From: Minisyncoccota bacterium
GTDB taxonomy: Bacteria > Patescibacteriota > Minisyncoccia > Phycocordibacterales > DATDWN01
Assembly: GCA_041674105.1 (NCBI GenBank)
Contig: JBAYWK010000001.1
Span: 167,114 to 231,113 of the forward strand
Direction of reading: 5' to 3'
DNA: 64,000 nucleotides
Within the stretch, counting starts at the first letter, position 1; the number at the start of each line of letters is the position of its first letter. Below are positions 27,587 through 37,173 of the stretch, piece after piece. The notes beneath the pieces were generated by a model. The model was not told the DNA's origin. It saw only the letters and a program-made list of their open reading frames with translations, and made no database searches. The position numbers and the translations under genes were made by a program.

Positions 27587-28318
27587 ATGAAAAATTTAAT
27601 GATAAAAGGGGTGAGTCTTTTAGCTTTATTAGCATTTGTATTTGCACCGATTGTTTCTAACGCCGAGTTAGATGCCAATGTCATAGGAAGTGTGGATTTA
27701 GTGTCAAAAACTAATGATAATGTATTAGATGTAAAAATTGATACTGACACAAATGTTGGCACATCTGTGGATACAGATAATGATGGAAAAGTAATGGTTG
27801 ATACAAGTTCAGGGAGTACTTCAAATCAAGTAAAAGCAGAATCAGATACAAATTCTGCTTTGAAAATTAATACTCTCGGTATTGCTATTACTTCATCTTC
27901 ACAAGTGAAGTCTGATGCTGATCTTGAGATATTTAGCTCAAATGTTTCTGTAGAGAAAGAAAAAGTTGATAAGGTAGAGATTAAGTCTGATGAGGATGGT
28001 GAATCAAAGGTGGAAGTGGTCTATAAACACAGAGGTAGATTATTAGGATTTATTCCAATAACTCTAAAATCAACTACAAGTGTTGAAGCAAACTCAGATT
28101 CAGAAATCGTGGTAAAGACAAGAATGCCTTGGTGGAGTTTCTTGGTGGGTAAGGTAGATTACTCAAAAACAGATATTGAGTCAAAAATAAAAAATAACGA
28201 AACTGTAAAGGCAAACGCCAAAGCAAATGCTTCTGCAGAATCCAAAGCAAAAGTAGTAGAAGCTGTTATTGCAGAAGTTCAAGCTGATGTTGATGCACAA
28301 GCTTCATTAAATAAATAA
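27587..28318 (+). CDS. Secreted hypothetical protein
   Basis: Signal peptide; GRLLGFIP...PWWSFL motif. Confidence 0.75.
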   Translation: MKNLMIKGVSLLALLAFVFAPIVSNAELDANVIGSVDLVSKTNDNVLDVKIDTDTNVGTSVDTDNDGKVMVDTSSGSTSNQVKAESDTNSALKINTLGIAITSSSQVKSDADLEIFSSNVSVEKEKVDKVEIKSDEDGESKVEVVYKHRGRLLGFIPITLKSTTSVEANSDSEIVVKTRMPWWSFLVGKVDYSKTDIESKIKNNETVKANAKANASAESKAKVVEAVIAEVQADVDAQASLNK

Positions 28319-28348
28319 GATGACTGTGAGTTTATAAACTGAAAACTT

Positions 28349-28387
28349 AAAACAATAAAACTGCCATTTAGGCAGTTTTATTGTTTT
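28349..28387. terminator. Bidirectional terminator
   Basis: AAAACAATAAAACTGCC-ATTTA-GGCAGTTTTATTGTTTT between convergent genes. Confidence 0.8.
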
Positions 28388-28405
28388 GCATACTAGAATC
28401 TATTC

Positions 28406-28481
28406 TGGTGCGCGATACAGGACTCGAACCTATGACCTTCCCGGTGTAAACGGGTTGCTCTACCAACTGAGCTAATCGCGC
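28406..28481 (-). tRNA. tRNA-Val(UAC)
   Basis: GCGCGAT...ATCGCGC-A-CCA; anticodon loop TT-TAC-AC. Confidence 0.96.
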
Positions 28482-28558
28482 GTATAGATATTTATACACT
28501 ATTACTATCTTTAATTCAAGATTTAATGTGGCATATTAGTGTGCTATATTAGAGCAGA

Positions 28559-29278
28559 ATGGACATAGAAATATTATACGAAGATAAAGATATCTTAGCC
28601 ATAAACAAGCCCTCAGGGTTGGTTGTTCATGGTGATGGGAGAACAGAAGAGAAGACTCTCGTGGACTGGTTTGTTTATAAATATCCAGAAAGTAAGGACA
28701 TCGGTGAGTCTTTGGTAGACAAGGATGGTAAAAAAATAGATAGGTCTGGCGTTGTACACAGACTAGATAGAGAAACCTCAGGCGTTTTACTTTTAGCTAA
28801 GACTCAGACGGGTTTTGATAATTTAAAATCTCAGTTTCAGACTCGTAATGTAGAAAAAGAATACCATGCTTTTGTTTATGGAAAAGTTAAATTGGATAAG
28901 GGTATTATAAATAGACCAATTGGCCGTAGCGGTAAAGATTTCAGAAAAAAGACAGCGCAGAGAGGATCTAGGGGACAGACTAGAGAAGCGGTTACAGAGT
29001 ATGAAACTATCCTTAGATCCAATAATTATTCTTTCCTTTATGTATTTCCTAAAACAGGTAGAACACACCAAATAAGAGTGCATTTTAAAGCTATAAACTA
29101 CCCTTTGGTTGCAGATAAACTGTATTCTGGAAGACAAGAAAATACTTTAGGTTTTGAAAGGTTGGCTTTGCACGCTTACTCCATAACTTTTGTAGATCTT
29201 CGGGGAGAGAAGATGTCCGCCACAGCTCCTTACCCAGCTGATTTTGAACTAGCCTTAGAAAAGTTGCAAAGTGAGTAG
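28559..29278 (+). CDS. RluA-family pseudouridine synthase
   Basis: INKPSGLVVH, VHRLDRETSG, TGRTHQIRVH, LHAY. Confidence 0.95.
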   Translation: MDIEILYEDKDILAINKPSGLVVHGDGRTEEKTLVDWFVYKYPESKDIGESLVDKDGKKIDRSGVVHRLDRETSGVLLLAKTQTGFDNLKSQFQTRNVEKEYHAFVYGKVKLDKGIINRPIGRSGKDFRKKTAQRGSRGQTREAVTEYETILRSNNYSFLYVFPKTGRTHQIRVHFKAINYPLVADKLYSGRQENTLGFERLALHAYSITFVDLRGEKMSATAPYPADFELALEKLQSE

Positions 29279-29302
29279 TCTTATGTTAGATTTGTAGTCA
29301 CT

Positions 29303-29761
29303 ATGGAAAGAGCAGTGTTATCACCAGTAAATATATCTCAAAGAAAATCTTTGGACATTCGTTCAGGGGATACTGTTCGTATACAACAAAGAATTGTTGA
29401 GACAGATAAAAAAACAGGTAAACTAAAAACTCGACTCCAAGCTTTTGAAGGTTTAATTATCGCTGTAAAACACGGAAAAGAAGCCGGGGGGACTTTTACA
29501 GTTAGAAAGATTGCCTCAGGAGTTGGTGTAGAGAAAATATTTCCTATCTATTCTCCAATGATAGATTCTATTGAAGTAATAAAAAGATCAAAAGTGCGCA
29601 GAGCAAAGCTGTATCACATTAGAGATAAAGCAGCCAAGGAAATAAGAAGGCAGATGAGAAACACTAGAGAATTGCCAGATGTCGTTTCAGAGGAAGATGT
29701 GGTTTTGGAAGAAGAAGTTCCTGTTGAAATAGAAAAGACAGAAGAGGAAGTGAAAGAATAA
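29303..29761 (+). CDS. rplS: 50S ribosomal protein L19
   Basis: [37 protein letters not shown]. Confidence 0.96.
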   Translation: MERAVLSPVNISQRKSLDIRSGDTVRIQQRIVETDKKTGKLKTRLQAFEGLIIAVKHGKEAGGTFTVRKIASGVGVEKIFPIYSPMIDSIEVIKRSKVRRAKLYHIRDKAAKEIRRQMRNTRELPDVVSEEDVVLEEEVPVEIEKTEEEVKE

Positions 29762-29826
29762 ACAAAAAATCCCGAGAGGGATTTTTTGTTGTAAAAAATT
29801 AAAGTTCAGAATATAATCACAGGATT

Positions 29827-29911
29827 GCCTAGGTGTTGAAATTGGTAGACAAGCACCCTTGAGGTGGGTGTGCCGAAAGGTGTGGAGGTTCGAGTCCTCT
29901 CCTAGGCACCA
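29827..29911 (+). tRNA. tRNA-Leu(GAG)
   Basis: GCCTAGG...CCTAGGC-A-CCA; anticodon loop TT-GAG-GT; variable arm. Confidence 0.95.
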
Positions 29912-30067
29912 AATTTATGAAATAAATTTTGACTAGGAGGTCTAGGATTTTTTCAAAAATCCGTAAGACGGACTCGAAGCCCGATTGAGATGTTTTATGA
30001 GTTTGCGAAATAAAACAGCTAATTGGGATACTGAGTATGTAAGACTCGAGTCCTCTCCTAGGCACCA
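29912..30067 (+). repeat. tRNA-3'-associated element (tRNA-Leu copy)
   Basis: CTAGGAG-[GTCT AG GATTTTTTCAAAAATC CGT AAGAC]-GGACTCGAA inverted tRNA end; hairpin body; 22-bp direct repeat TCGAGTCCTCTCCTAGGCACCA at 30046-30067. Confidence 0.85.
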
Positions 30068-30112
30068 GAACAACCTTTCATAATTCGTTCTTATTTTATA
30101 TAATGAGACCTT

Positions 30113-30775
30113 ATGAATTCATTTCAGATTAAGGTCCTTGCTGTAGTTGCTATGATAGTGGACCATATTGGTTTTGTATTTTTTCCTCAAATCACAGTAC
30201 TTCGGATAATTGGCAGACTGGCGTTTCCTTTGTTTGCATTTCTTGTCAGCGAAGGTTTTATAAAAACAAGTAATAGGAGAAGATATTTTTTTAGGCTTAC
30301 TGCTTTTGCCATAATTTCTCATATCCCGTACATATATATGATACGTGCTGGGGGAGGAGAAGGAACTCAGTTAAATATTTTCTTTACCCTAAGTATAGGT
30401 CTTCTTTGTTTGATTTTGGTAGATAGATATAAAGACCTTTATCTGAGGACATTTATTGTGGGGGCTGTGCTTTTAGTAGCTATGCTTTTTAGGTTTGAGT
30501 ACGGAGCTTATGGAGTACTTCTTATTCTTTCTAGCTACTTGTTTATTAAATCTCATATAAAAGGTTTGGCTAGTATATTTTTTATAAGTATTTTTAATGT
30601 ATTCTATCGTATCGTGTATTTAGCGACACATCTACAGATATATGCTTTGGGAGCAATACCTTTTATGTATCTATATAATGGACAAAAAGGTCCAGATGGT
30701 TATAGAAATTGGTTTTATTATATTTATCCAGTTCATATGGTGGTTATTGCATTATTGGCTTATATAATAAAATAG
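30113..30775 (+). CDS. TraX family membrane protein
   Basis: IKVLAVVAMIVDHIG, IGRLAFPLFAF, NIFFTL, YNGQKG, FYYIYPVH. Confidence 0.88.
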   Translation: MNSFQIKVLAVVAMIVDHIGFVFFPQITVLRIIGRLAFPLFAFLVSEGFIKTSNRRRYFFRLTAFAIISHIPYIYMIRAGGGEGTQLNIFFTLSIGLLCLILVDRYKDLYLRTFIVGAVLLVAMLFRFEYGAYGVLLILSSYLFIKSHIKGLASIFFISIFNVFYRIVYLATHLQIYALGAIPFMYLYNGQKGPDGYRNWFYYIYPVHMVVIALLAYIIK

Positions 30776-30918
30776 AAGTAAGGTGGATGATTTGTGGAAA
30801 AAAGAGCACGATAAAGAGGATTTTTTCAGGTATTTTGTGGGTACTAGCTAGACTTTTCAAGCGTTTATCTGGTATAAATGAAGAAGCCTTATATTTGTGT
30901 ATAAGGGCAAATAATAAT

Positions 30919-30993
30919 GGTGGCTATGGTGTAGCGGTAGCACGCGAGCTTGTGGAGCTCTCTGTCTGGGTTCAACTCCCAGTAGCCACCCCA
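30919..30993 (+). tRNA. tRNA-His(GUG) with encoded G-1 and CCA
   Basis: G-GTGGCTA...TAGCCAC-C-CCA; anticodon loop TT-GTG-GA. Confidence 0.93.
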
Positions 30994-31060
30994 AAGTAAA
31001 TTAAGGAAGAAATACGAGTAGACTAATCTGTTTTATGATACGATTGATTATAAAGAATAT

Positions 31061-31438
31061 ATGAGAAATGAATACTTGTTTTCCGCTAATCTTATTTTCG
31101 TTGTACATTTTTTGCTGGTTTTAGTTGTTGCTTTTGGTTGGCTCATTCCCGGAAAATTCTTTTACGTTTTTTTGACTTTTTTTGTACTGACTTTTATTTC
31201 TGAAATTGCTTTCGGATATTGTGCTTTAACAAAAATAGAATTTGATCTTAGGAGAAGAATTGATCCAGATAAAAAATTTGATAAATCTTGTATCGCACAC
31301 TATATTCGTAGTTGGAGAGGTCTTCCTCCGAGAGAATCTTTTATTACTCAAAAAACTTTTTTGCAAAATAACTCTTTTATAATTTTAATGCTTGGTCTGC
31401 TTCTTGTAAGTCTATTATGGAGGATTTTTGTGTATTAA
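31061..31438 (+). CDS. DUF2784-like membrane protein
   Basis: IFVVHF, GYCALTKIEFDLR, CIAHY. Confidence 0.65.
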   Translation: MRNEYLFSANLIFVVHFLLVLVVAFGWLIPGKFFYVFLTFFVLTFISEIAFGYCALTKIEFDLRRRIDPDKKFDKSCIAHYIRSWRGLPPRESFITQKTFLQNNSFIILMLGLLLVSLLWRIFVY

Positions 31439-31465
31439 AAAACAATCTACTGGTATAATTTTATT

Positions 31466-31978
31466 ATGAAAAAAGTAATAATATTTCTATTTATTTTAAT
31501 TATTTTAGTTTTAGCTTTTTGGTTTGGGCTAAGTTTTAACAATGAAAAACAATATGTTTCACCAGAGACTGTGGTTGTAATGTTTTTTAAAAATCTTTCA
31601 GATAAAAATTATGAGAAGGCTTTAGAATATTACGGAGGGAGCTTTGAAACTTTAGAGACATGGAATCCTGAAATATCTTCCCTAAATAAAATAGAGCTTA
31701 TAAAAACAGGATGTGAACAAAATGGTTTAAACTGTTTACCTGTTAGAAGTATTGTTGTTGACCCCTCTGTTTCAGTTGATGGTTTAAATAAAAATGGTTT
31801 ATATGACAGAATAGTTCCATACACAGTCACTTTTGAAAAAATAGGTGGAGGTCTTTTTGAAATAGGTCCTTGTTGCGGAGAAGAAGATAATGGTCAGAGA
31901 TTTAGTGAGTTCACTGTGTTTATAGCAGAAAAAAATGGAAGTTATTTGGTTTTGACTCTTCCTCCTTATACACCTTAA
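31466..31978 (+). CDS. Hypothetical membrane-anchored protein (Cys-containing)
   Basis: N-terminal TM; GPCCG, LPPYTP. Confidence 0.7.
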   Translation: MKKVIIFLFILIILVLAFWFGLSFNNEKQYVSPETVVVMFFKNLSDKNYEKALEYYGGSFETLETWNPEISSLNKIELIKTGCEQNGLNCLPVRSIVVDPSVSVDGLNKNGLYDRIVPYTVTFEKIGGGLFEIGPCCGEEDNGQRFSEFTVFIAEKNGSYLVLTLPPYTP

Positions 31979-31979
31979 T

Positions 31980-32948
31980 TTAGTATTTTATCAATGTTGT
32001 AATAACAAATATTAAATATATTGCTATCAGGACATAGCTTTCTTTTCTAGTTATTTTTTCTTGTGTTCTTGTAAACATAAAAAAAGCTAATATTGCTATA
32101 ATTAGAAATATCCTGTTCATGAAAAAAGAACCGAGACCAGTTACATTTATTGGACTTATTAAAGTAACTATACCAAGAACAAGTGAAGCGGGAATGATAA
32201 CTGCACCCATTAGATTTCCAAGAATCATAAATGTTTCTTCTCTGCGAGCAGAATAAATAGCAAAATATACTTCGGGTAGAGCGCTGCCAAAAGCTATGAT
32301 CAAAGAACCTACTATGACTAAAGGCAGACCAAGGCTTGTGGCTAAAAAGGTAGATGATAAAACTATTCCTTGGGCGGCAATAAAAAGAAGACTAGTACCA
32401 AAAAAAATTTTAAAAGCATCCTTCAGTCCTTCTTTGGTCCCACTTATTGCATTGGGGTGAATATTTCCTTCAATAGCCTTTGAGAATCTTTCTTTCTTAG
32501 AAAATAACCAAAAAATGTAAATAAAAAAGAATGATATTAGGATAATACCATCTGCTCTAGAAAGGATTCCATCTACTATTAAAATAATAGGTAAGAGAGC
32601 TGCTCCAAGTGTAAACATAGAAGTTGATTGGATAGTCTTACTTTCGGCTGAGATTTCTTTTGTTGGTGAAAAGAGTACAGCCAGTCCTACAGCTATAGTC
32701 AGATCTATTAAGTTATTTCCCATAATATCACCAAGAGAAAGCTCGGGGATACCTTTCAAAGCTGAAGTTATACCTATAAGTAAGTTTGGTATAGATGAGG
32801 CAACCGCCATAACAAAAAACGCCACAACGAATTCTTTTAAACCGAAGTATTTGGATAATCTGACTAGACTGTTGACCATTATTTCTCCTGATATATAAAG
32901 TAGACCACAGGAGGAAACAAAGATTAGAATGTTTATTATTGGTGTCAT
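31980..32948 (-). CDS. Sodium/calcium exchanger (CaCA, YrbG-like)
   Basis: ASSIPNL...GDIMGNN and GSALPE...GNLMGA alpha repeats. Confidence 0.85.
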   Translation of the reverse strand: MTPIINILIFVSSCGLLYISGEIMVNSLVRLSKYFGLKEFVVAFFVMAVASSIPNLLIGITSALKGIPELSLGDIMGNNLIDLTIAVGLAVLFSPTKEISAESKTIQSTSMFTLGAALLPIILIVDGILSRADGIILISFFFIYIFWLFSKKERFSKAIEGNIHPNAISGTKEGLKDAFKIFFGTSLLFIAAQGIVLSSTFLATSLGLPLVIVGSLIIAFGSALPEVYFAIYSARREETFMILGNLMGAVIIPASLVLGIVTLISPINVTGLGSFFMNRIFLIIAILAFFMFTRTQEKITRKESYVLIAIYLIFVITTLIKY

Positions 32949-33016
32949 TGTGTCTAATTGTAACATTTCGGGATAACTTTAGGTGCAAATAAATTTTATT
33001 TGGTATAATAGACTAT

Positions 33017-33502
33017 ATGAAAAATTCAAAAAATATTATTATAGGTTTGGCTTCAGTTTTAGTTTTAGCCTTTATTATGTATGTGTATTTGGCTTATAGT
33101 GTAAACCAAAATGGTGGGGTATTAGATTTAAATGAAAACACTGATACAGAGGATGCTAATCAAAATACGACATCAAAAGATACAAATACAAAAAATACAG
33201 CTTCTCAGGACAAGGCTTATCTTGGTGTAGACGGTATTTATGTTGTGAAATATACAGATGAGGGTTTTGTACCAAGCAATCTACAAATACCTAGAGGTAA
33301 AAGTATTCGTTTTATAAATAATTCTTCTAAAGGAATGAGAGTTTCTTCAGATGAAAAAGCTTCTCCAACTTTTAGTGAATTAACTCAGTCTGAAACAGTA
33401 GGAAAGGGTTCAACCTATACATTTTCTTTTGTTAAAGAAGGTCTATGGGTTTATTACAACGGAGCAATTCCTTCACATAGAGGTTCAGTCGTTGTTTATT
33501 AA
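33017..33502 (+). CDS. Membrane-anchored cupredoxin-like protein
   Basis: GFVPSNLQI..G..IRFINNS...YTFSF...G.WVYYN; canonical Cu ligands not evident. Confidence 0.6.
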   Translation: MKNSKNIIIGLASVLVLAFIMYVYLAYSVNQNGGVLDLNENTDTEDANQNTTSKDTNTKNTASQDKAYLGVDGIYVVKYTDEGFVPSNLQIPRGKSIRFINNSSKGMRVSSDEKASPTFSELTQSETVGKGSTYTFSFVKEGLWVYYNGAIPSHRGSVVVY

Positions 33503-33507
33503 AAAAT

Positions 33508-34035
33508 ATGAGTGATTATTCCTCTTACTTAGAAACAAAAAAATACCAGACAAAGTATAGGGCTCATTTTATTACCATAACTCCAGATATAAATCAGGCT
33601 ATAAAAAAATCTGGTATAAAAAGAGGAACAGTAACCATCCAAACTCATCACACAACCTGTGGGGTATGGATAAATGAGGATGAAAAAAACTTAGTAGGGC
33701 CATCCGAGGAGCTCGGATATACAGCAGACTTAAGAAAGATACTAGATAATTTTGCTAGTCCAACTTTGGGGTATGGACATAATGATGTCTGTGATCCAAA
33801 AAATCCAGAAGGTAAAAGAAACACTCATTTGTGTGAGCCAGATGAAAATGGGGTTATTCACGAGTGTATAAATGGACACTCTCATGCTCAGGCCTTACTT
33901 ATTCATCCATCTCTCTCTTGTATAGTAGATGATGGTCAAATATTGAAAGGTAATTGGCAACAGATAATGTTAGTTGAGCTTGACCATGATAGGGAAAGAA
34001 CGGTATCTTTTCTAATACAAGGTATTAAGGAATAA
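33508..34035 (+). CDS. YjbQ/UPF0047 family protein
   Basis: ITPDI, HTTCGVWINE, NGHSH, GNWQQIMLVELD. Confidence 0.88.
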   Translation: MSDYSSYLETKKYQTKYRAHFITITPDINQAIKKSGIKRGTVTIQTHHTTCGVWINEDEKNLVGPSEELGYTADLRKILDNFASPTLGYGHNDVCDPKNPEGKRNTHLCEPDENGVIHECINGHSHAQALLIHPSLSCIVDDGQILKGNWQQIMLVELDHDRERTVSFLIQGIKE

Positions 34036-34038
34036 GAT

Positions 34039-34896
34039 ATGTATACATTAAAACCATCAGAAGATTATAGTCTCCTAGATAGTGGAGAAGGATATAAGCT
34101 GGAAAAATTTGGCGCATTTTTGGTATCAAGACCAGACCCTCAAGCTATCTGGAAAAAAAAGCTGAAAGAAGAATGGTCTTTGGCGGATTTTGAGTTTATT
34201 CAGAAAGGACAAAATGGTAAATGGAGAAAAAATAAAGAAGTACCAAAAGATTGGGTTATGAGTCTAAGTGGAATTTTATTTAACCTAACAATGGGGAATT
34301 TTAAGCACTTAGGAATTTTTCCTGAACAGTCTGTGCATTTCAAGTGGCTTAAAGATAAAATAGAAGAAGGTATAAAAGAAAATGACACGGTTTCTGTTTT
34401 AAATTTATTTGGTTATACAGGCGGAGCATCTGTATTTTCCGCAAAATGTGGAGCAGAGGTTTGTCATGTAGATGCTTCAAGAGTATCAGTTGATACGGCT
34501 TTTAAAAATTGTGATTTAAATAATTTAGAGAAAGCACCAATAAAGTTTATTGTAGATGATGTTAAAAAATTTATAGAGAAAGAAATTCGTCGTGGAAAAA
34601 CTTACGACATTGTAATAATGGACCCACCTCTTTATGGAAGGGGAACAAAAAATGAAGTTTGGAATTTGAATACTGATTTACCAAAACTTCTTTCAAAAAT
34701 ACCCAAGCTTCTTTCAAAAAATAAATCAGCGGTTTTGTTAAATGGATACGCTTCAAACTACTCTCATATAACATATAAACAAGTTTTAGAATCAAACATG
34801 GCTTTAGAGGGAAAATACTCTTCTGATGAGATTTATATAGAGGAGACATCCGGAAGGCTTTTACCTGTCGGTATTTTTTCTAAGTGGGAGAAATAA
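34039..34896 (+). CDS. Class I SAM-dependent RNA methyltransferase (RlmI/YwbD-like)
   Basis: LLDSG.G.KLEKFG, HLGIFPEQ, LNLFGYTGGAS, MDPP.YGRG. Confidence 0.88.
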   Translation: MYTLKPSEDYSLLDSGEGYKLEKFGAFLVSRPDPQAIWKKKLKEEWSLADFEFIQKGQNGKWRKNKEVPKDWVMSLSGILFNLTMGNFKHLGIFPEQSVHFKWLKDKIEEGIKENDTVSVLNLFGYTGGASVFSAKCGAEVCHVDASRVSVDTAFKNCDLNNLEKAPIKFIVDDVKKFIEKEIRRGKTYDIVIMDPPLYGRGTKNEVWNLNTDLPKLLSKIPKLLSKNKSAVLLNGYASNYSHITYKQVLESNMALEGKYSSDEIYIEETSGRLLPVGIFSKWEK

Positions 34897-34951
34897 AAAA
34901 ATAGACAGTGGTATCAAACCACTGTCTTTATAATGCCCAGTTCAGGGCGGT

Positions 34952-35107
34952 TTATTTGCTTTCCTTTGTACGAGACTCGGTCTTCTCGCTTCTGGGTTTC
35001 TCTGGACCCCTTCTTTTAATAGAAGGAAGGGGCCCCAGGATATTATCAACGTTATTTTCTGGTACTGGCGCGAGACGCGCTAGAAATTCATCTTCATGAA
35101 CTGACAT
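34952..35107 (-). CDS. Small hypothetical protein (51 aa)
   Basis: MSVHEDEFLARLAPVPENNVDNILGPLPSIKRRG...; AAAGGA SD upstream; manual translation. Confidence 0.4.
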   Translation of the reverse strand: MSVHEDEFLARLAPVPENNVDNILGPLPSIKRRGPEKPRSEKTESRTKESK

Positions 35108-35182
35108 AAATATCCTTTCTTTTTATAAATTATCATTGATTATTCTAGTTTGCAAGGTATAGTGTTATGATTATACAAACCT

Positions 35183-36007
35183 ATGATATTTTCTGGCACA
35201 CAAATTAGAGATGAAATAATACCTAAATTAAGACAGGGTTTTTCTTTGCTAGAGTATAAATCTCAGTTAGTTATAGTTCAAATAGGTGAAAACGAGGTTT
35301 CTTCTGTCTATATAAATCAAAAGAAGAAAATCGGGGATTCTTTAGGGGTAAAAGTTTTGAGTATAAATTTGTCTGAAGAAGTGGAAGAAAATGAAATACT
35401 GGATGTTATCTCTGGATATAATGATGATGAAGAAACTCTAGGAATAATTGTTCAACTACCAATTCCAGATAAATTTGATACTAGAAAGATTTTGGATTCT
35501 ATAAAACCCGAAAAGGATATAGATGGCCTTGGCTCTATTCAAACAGGATTTCTTTTAACCAAAAATCCAAAAGCTTTTGTGCCAGCTACCGCCAGAGGTG
35601 TTTTGTCTATTTTGGATTATTACAAAGTAGAATTAAGTGGTACGGATGTGGTAATTGTCGGTAGATCAAATCTAGTAGGGTTACCCACTGCTATTTCCTG
35701 TATACATAGAGATGCTACTGTAACTGTGTGTAATTCTCATACTAAAAACCTAGATCAAATAACAAGTAAGGCAGATATTCTAATTGTGGCTTGTGGTAAG
35801 CCAAAATTGATTACTGAAAACTTCATTAAAAAAGGAGCTATTGTGATAGATATTGGTATACATAAAATAGAAAAAGGTCTTTGTGGGGATGTTGATTTTG
35901 AAAAAGTTTCAGAAAAAGTTTCTGGTATAACACCGGTTCCAGGGGGAGTAGGGCCTTTGACCGTTATCTCTTTATTTCAAAATCTTCTGGATGCCTCAAA
36001 GAGGTAG
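35183..36007 (+). CDS. folD: Methylenetetrahydrofolate dehydrogenase/cyclohydrolase
   Basis: GIIVQLP, KDIDG, GRSNLVG.P, TPVPGGVGP. Confidence 0.95.
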   Translation: MIFSGTQIRDEIIPKLRQGFSLLEYKSQLVIVQIGENEVSSVYINQKKKIGDSLGVKVLSINLSEEVEENEILDVISGYNDDEETLGIIVQLPIPDKFDTRKILDSIKPEKDIDGLGSIQTGFLLTKNPKAFVPATARGVLSILDYYKVELSGTDVVIVGRSNLVGLPTAISCIHRDATVTVCNSHTKNLDQITSKADILIVACGKPKLITENFIKKGAIVIDIGIHKIEKGLCGDVDFEKVSEKVSGITPVPGGVGPLTVISLFQNLLDASKR

Positions 36008-36048
36008 ATATGGTATAATAGGTGGGTTATAAGGTAATAATTAATATC

Positions 36049-36855
36049 ATGTATCAATTTTTAGACGATTCAAGGAAAAAACAATTTTTTAATATCATTA
36101 TTGCTATAGGTATACTTTTGTCTTTATTTCTAGCGGTCAAGGCTATAAATGCTGTAAAAGAATACTCTAATATAGGAAAAGGTATTTACCCTTCAAACAC
36201 TATATCAGTCTCTGGAACAGCTGAAGTTTTTGCTATACCAGATACAGCTTCTCTTTCTTTTTCTGTAGTTGAAGAAGGAAAAGATGTGGCAGAAGCACGA
36301 GATAAATCTGCCAAGAAAATTAATTCTATCATTGACTCTATAAAATCTATGGGGGTTGAGGATAAAGATATAAAAACAACAGGGTACAATGCCTATCCTA
36401 GATATGACTACACAAGGGTTCTTTGTAATGAATTTTCTTGCCCACCTAGTAAACAAGTCTTGATAGGTTATGAAGTTTCTCAGACAATCACTTTAAAAAT
36501 TAGAAAGACTGATAAAGCAGGAGAAATTTTGACAAAGGTTGGAGATCTAGGAGCTTCAAATATAAGTGGTTTAGACTTTGTTGTTGACGATATGGATGCT
36601 ATAAAAGCAGAAGCTAGAGAGAAAGCCATAGCTAATGCTAAAGATAAAGCAAAAGCTCTTTCAAAATCTCTCAATGTAAAACTTGTTGATATTGTAAGTT
36701 TTTATGAAATGGAACCTTCCGACATATACGGTAGAGGGATGGGAGGTCAAGCTTATGATGAAAAACTAATGTCAGCCTCTCCTGTCGTGCCACAACTACC
36801 CGTTGGTGAAAACAAATATGTTTCAAATGTCTCTATAACCTATGAGATAAGATAG
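36049..36855 (+). CDS. SIMPL domain (DUF541) protein
   Basis: ISVSGTAEVFAIPDTA, DIKTT, AREKAIANAKDKA. Confidence 0.9.
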   Translation: MYQFLDDSRKKQFFNIIIAIGILLSLFLAVKAINAVKEYSNIGKGIYPSNTISVSGTAEVFAIPDTASLSFSVVEEGKDVAEARDKSAKKINSIIDSIKSMGVEDKDIKTTGYNAYPRYDYTRVLCNEFSCPPSKQVLIGYEVSQTITLKIRKTDKAGEILTKVGDLGASNISGLDFVVDDMDAIKAEAREKAIANAKDKAKALSKSLNVKLVDIVSFYEMEPSDIYGRGMGGQAYDEKLMSASPVVPQLPVGENKYVSNVSITYEIR

Positions 36856-36989
36856 AAAGACATCGTGTCTTTAAAATACAAAAAACCTCTATTTCTAGAG
36901 GTTTTTTGTTGTATTGACTATCCATTTATAATAGAGTACTATTATTTCATTGCCCCTCGGGGGTTTTTTACTAAACAAACATTACATTT

Positions 36990-37169
36990 ATGAGCATAAT
37001 AAATTATCTTAAAGACACACAAGGAGAGTTGAAGCATGTAAATTGGCCATCAAAAAAACAAGCTATAATATTTAGTATTGTGGTGGTACTTATTTCTGTA
37101 TTCACAGCCTTTTTCTTGGGTTTCTTTGATTATATATTTCAACTAATTCTTAATAAATTCGTTATTTAA
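36990..37169 (+). CDS. secE: Preprotein translocase subunit SecE
   Basis: Manual translation MSIINYLKDTQGELKHVNWPS...FLGFFD; directly upstream of nusG. Confidence 0.93.
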   Translation: MSIINYLKDTQGELKHVNWPSKKQAIIFSIVVVLISVFTAFFLGFFDYIFQLILNKFVI

Positions 37170-37173
37170 AAAT

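Noticed and set aside
28349-28405. tRNA element downstream of tRNA-Val (also checked after tRNA-His)
   Set aside because: Only a plain terminator or AT-rich spacer is present, with no inverted tRNA-end copy.
30046-30067. Prophage or island attR at tRNA-Leu
   Set aside because: The direct repeat is only ~135 bp from the tRNA with no integrase or cargo between; better explained as part of the tRNA element.
30113-30775. Conjugative element suggested by TraX
   Set aside because: No other tra or relaxase genes; TraX-family proteins are common stand-alone membrane proteins.
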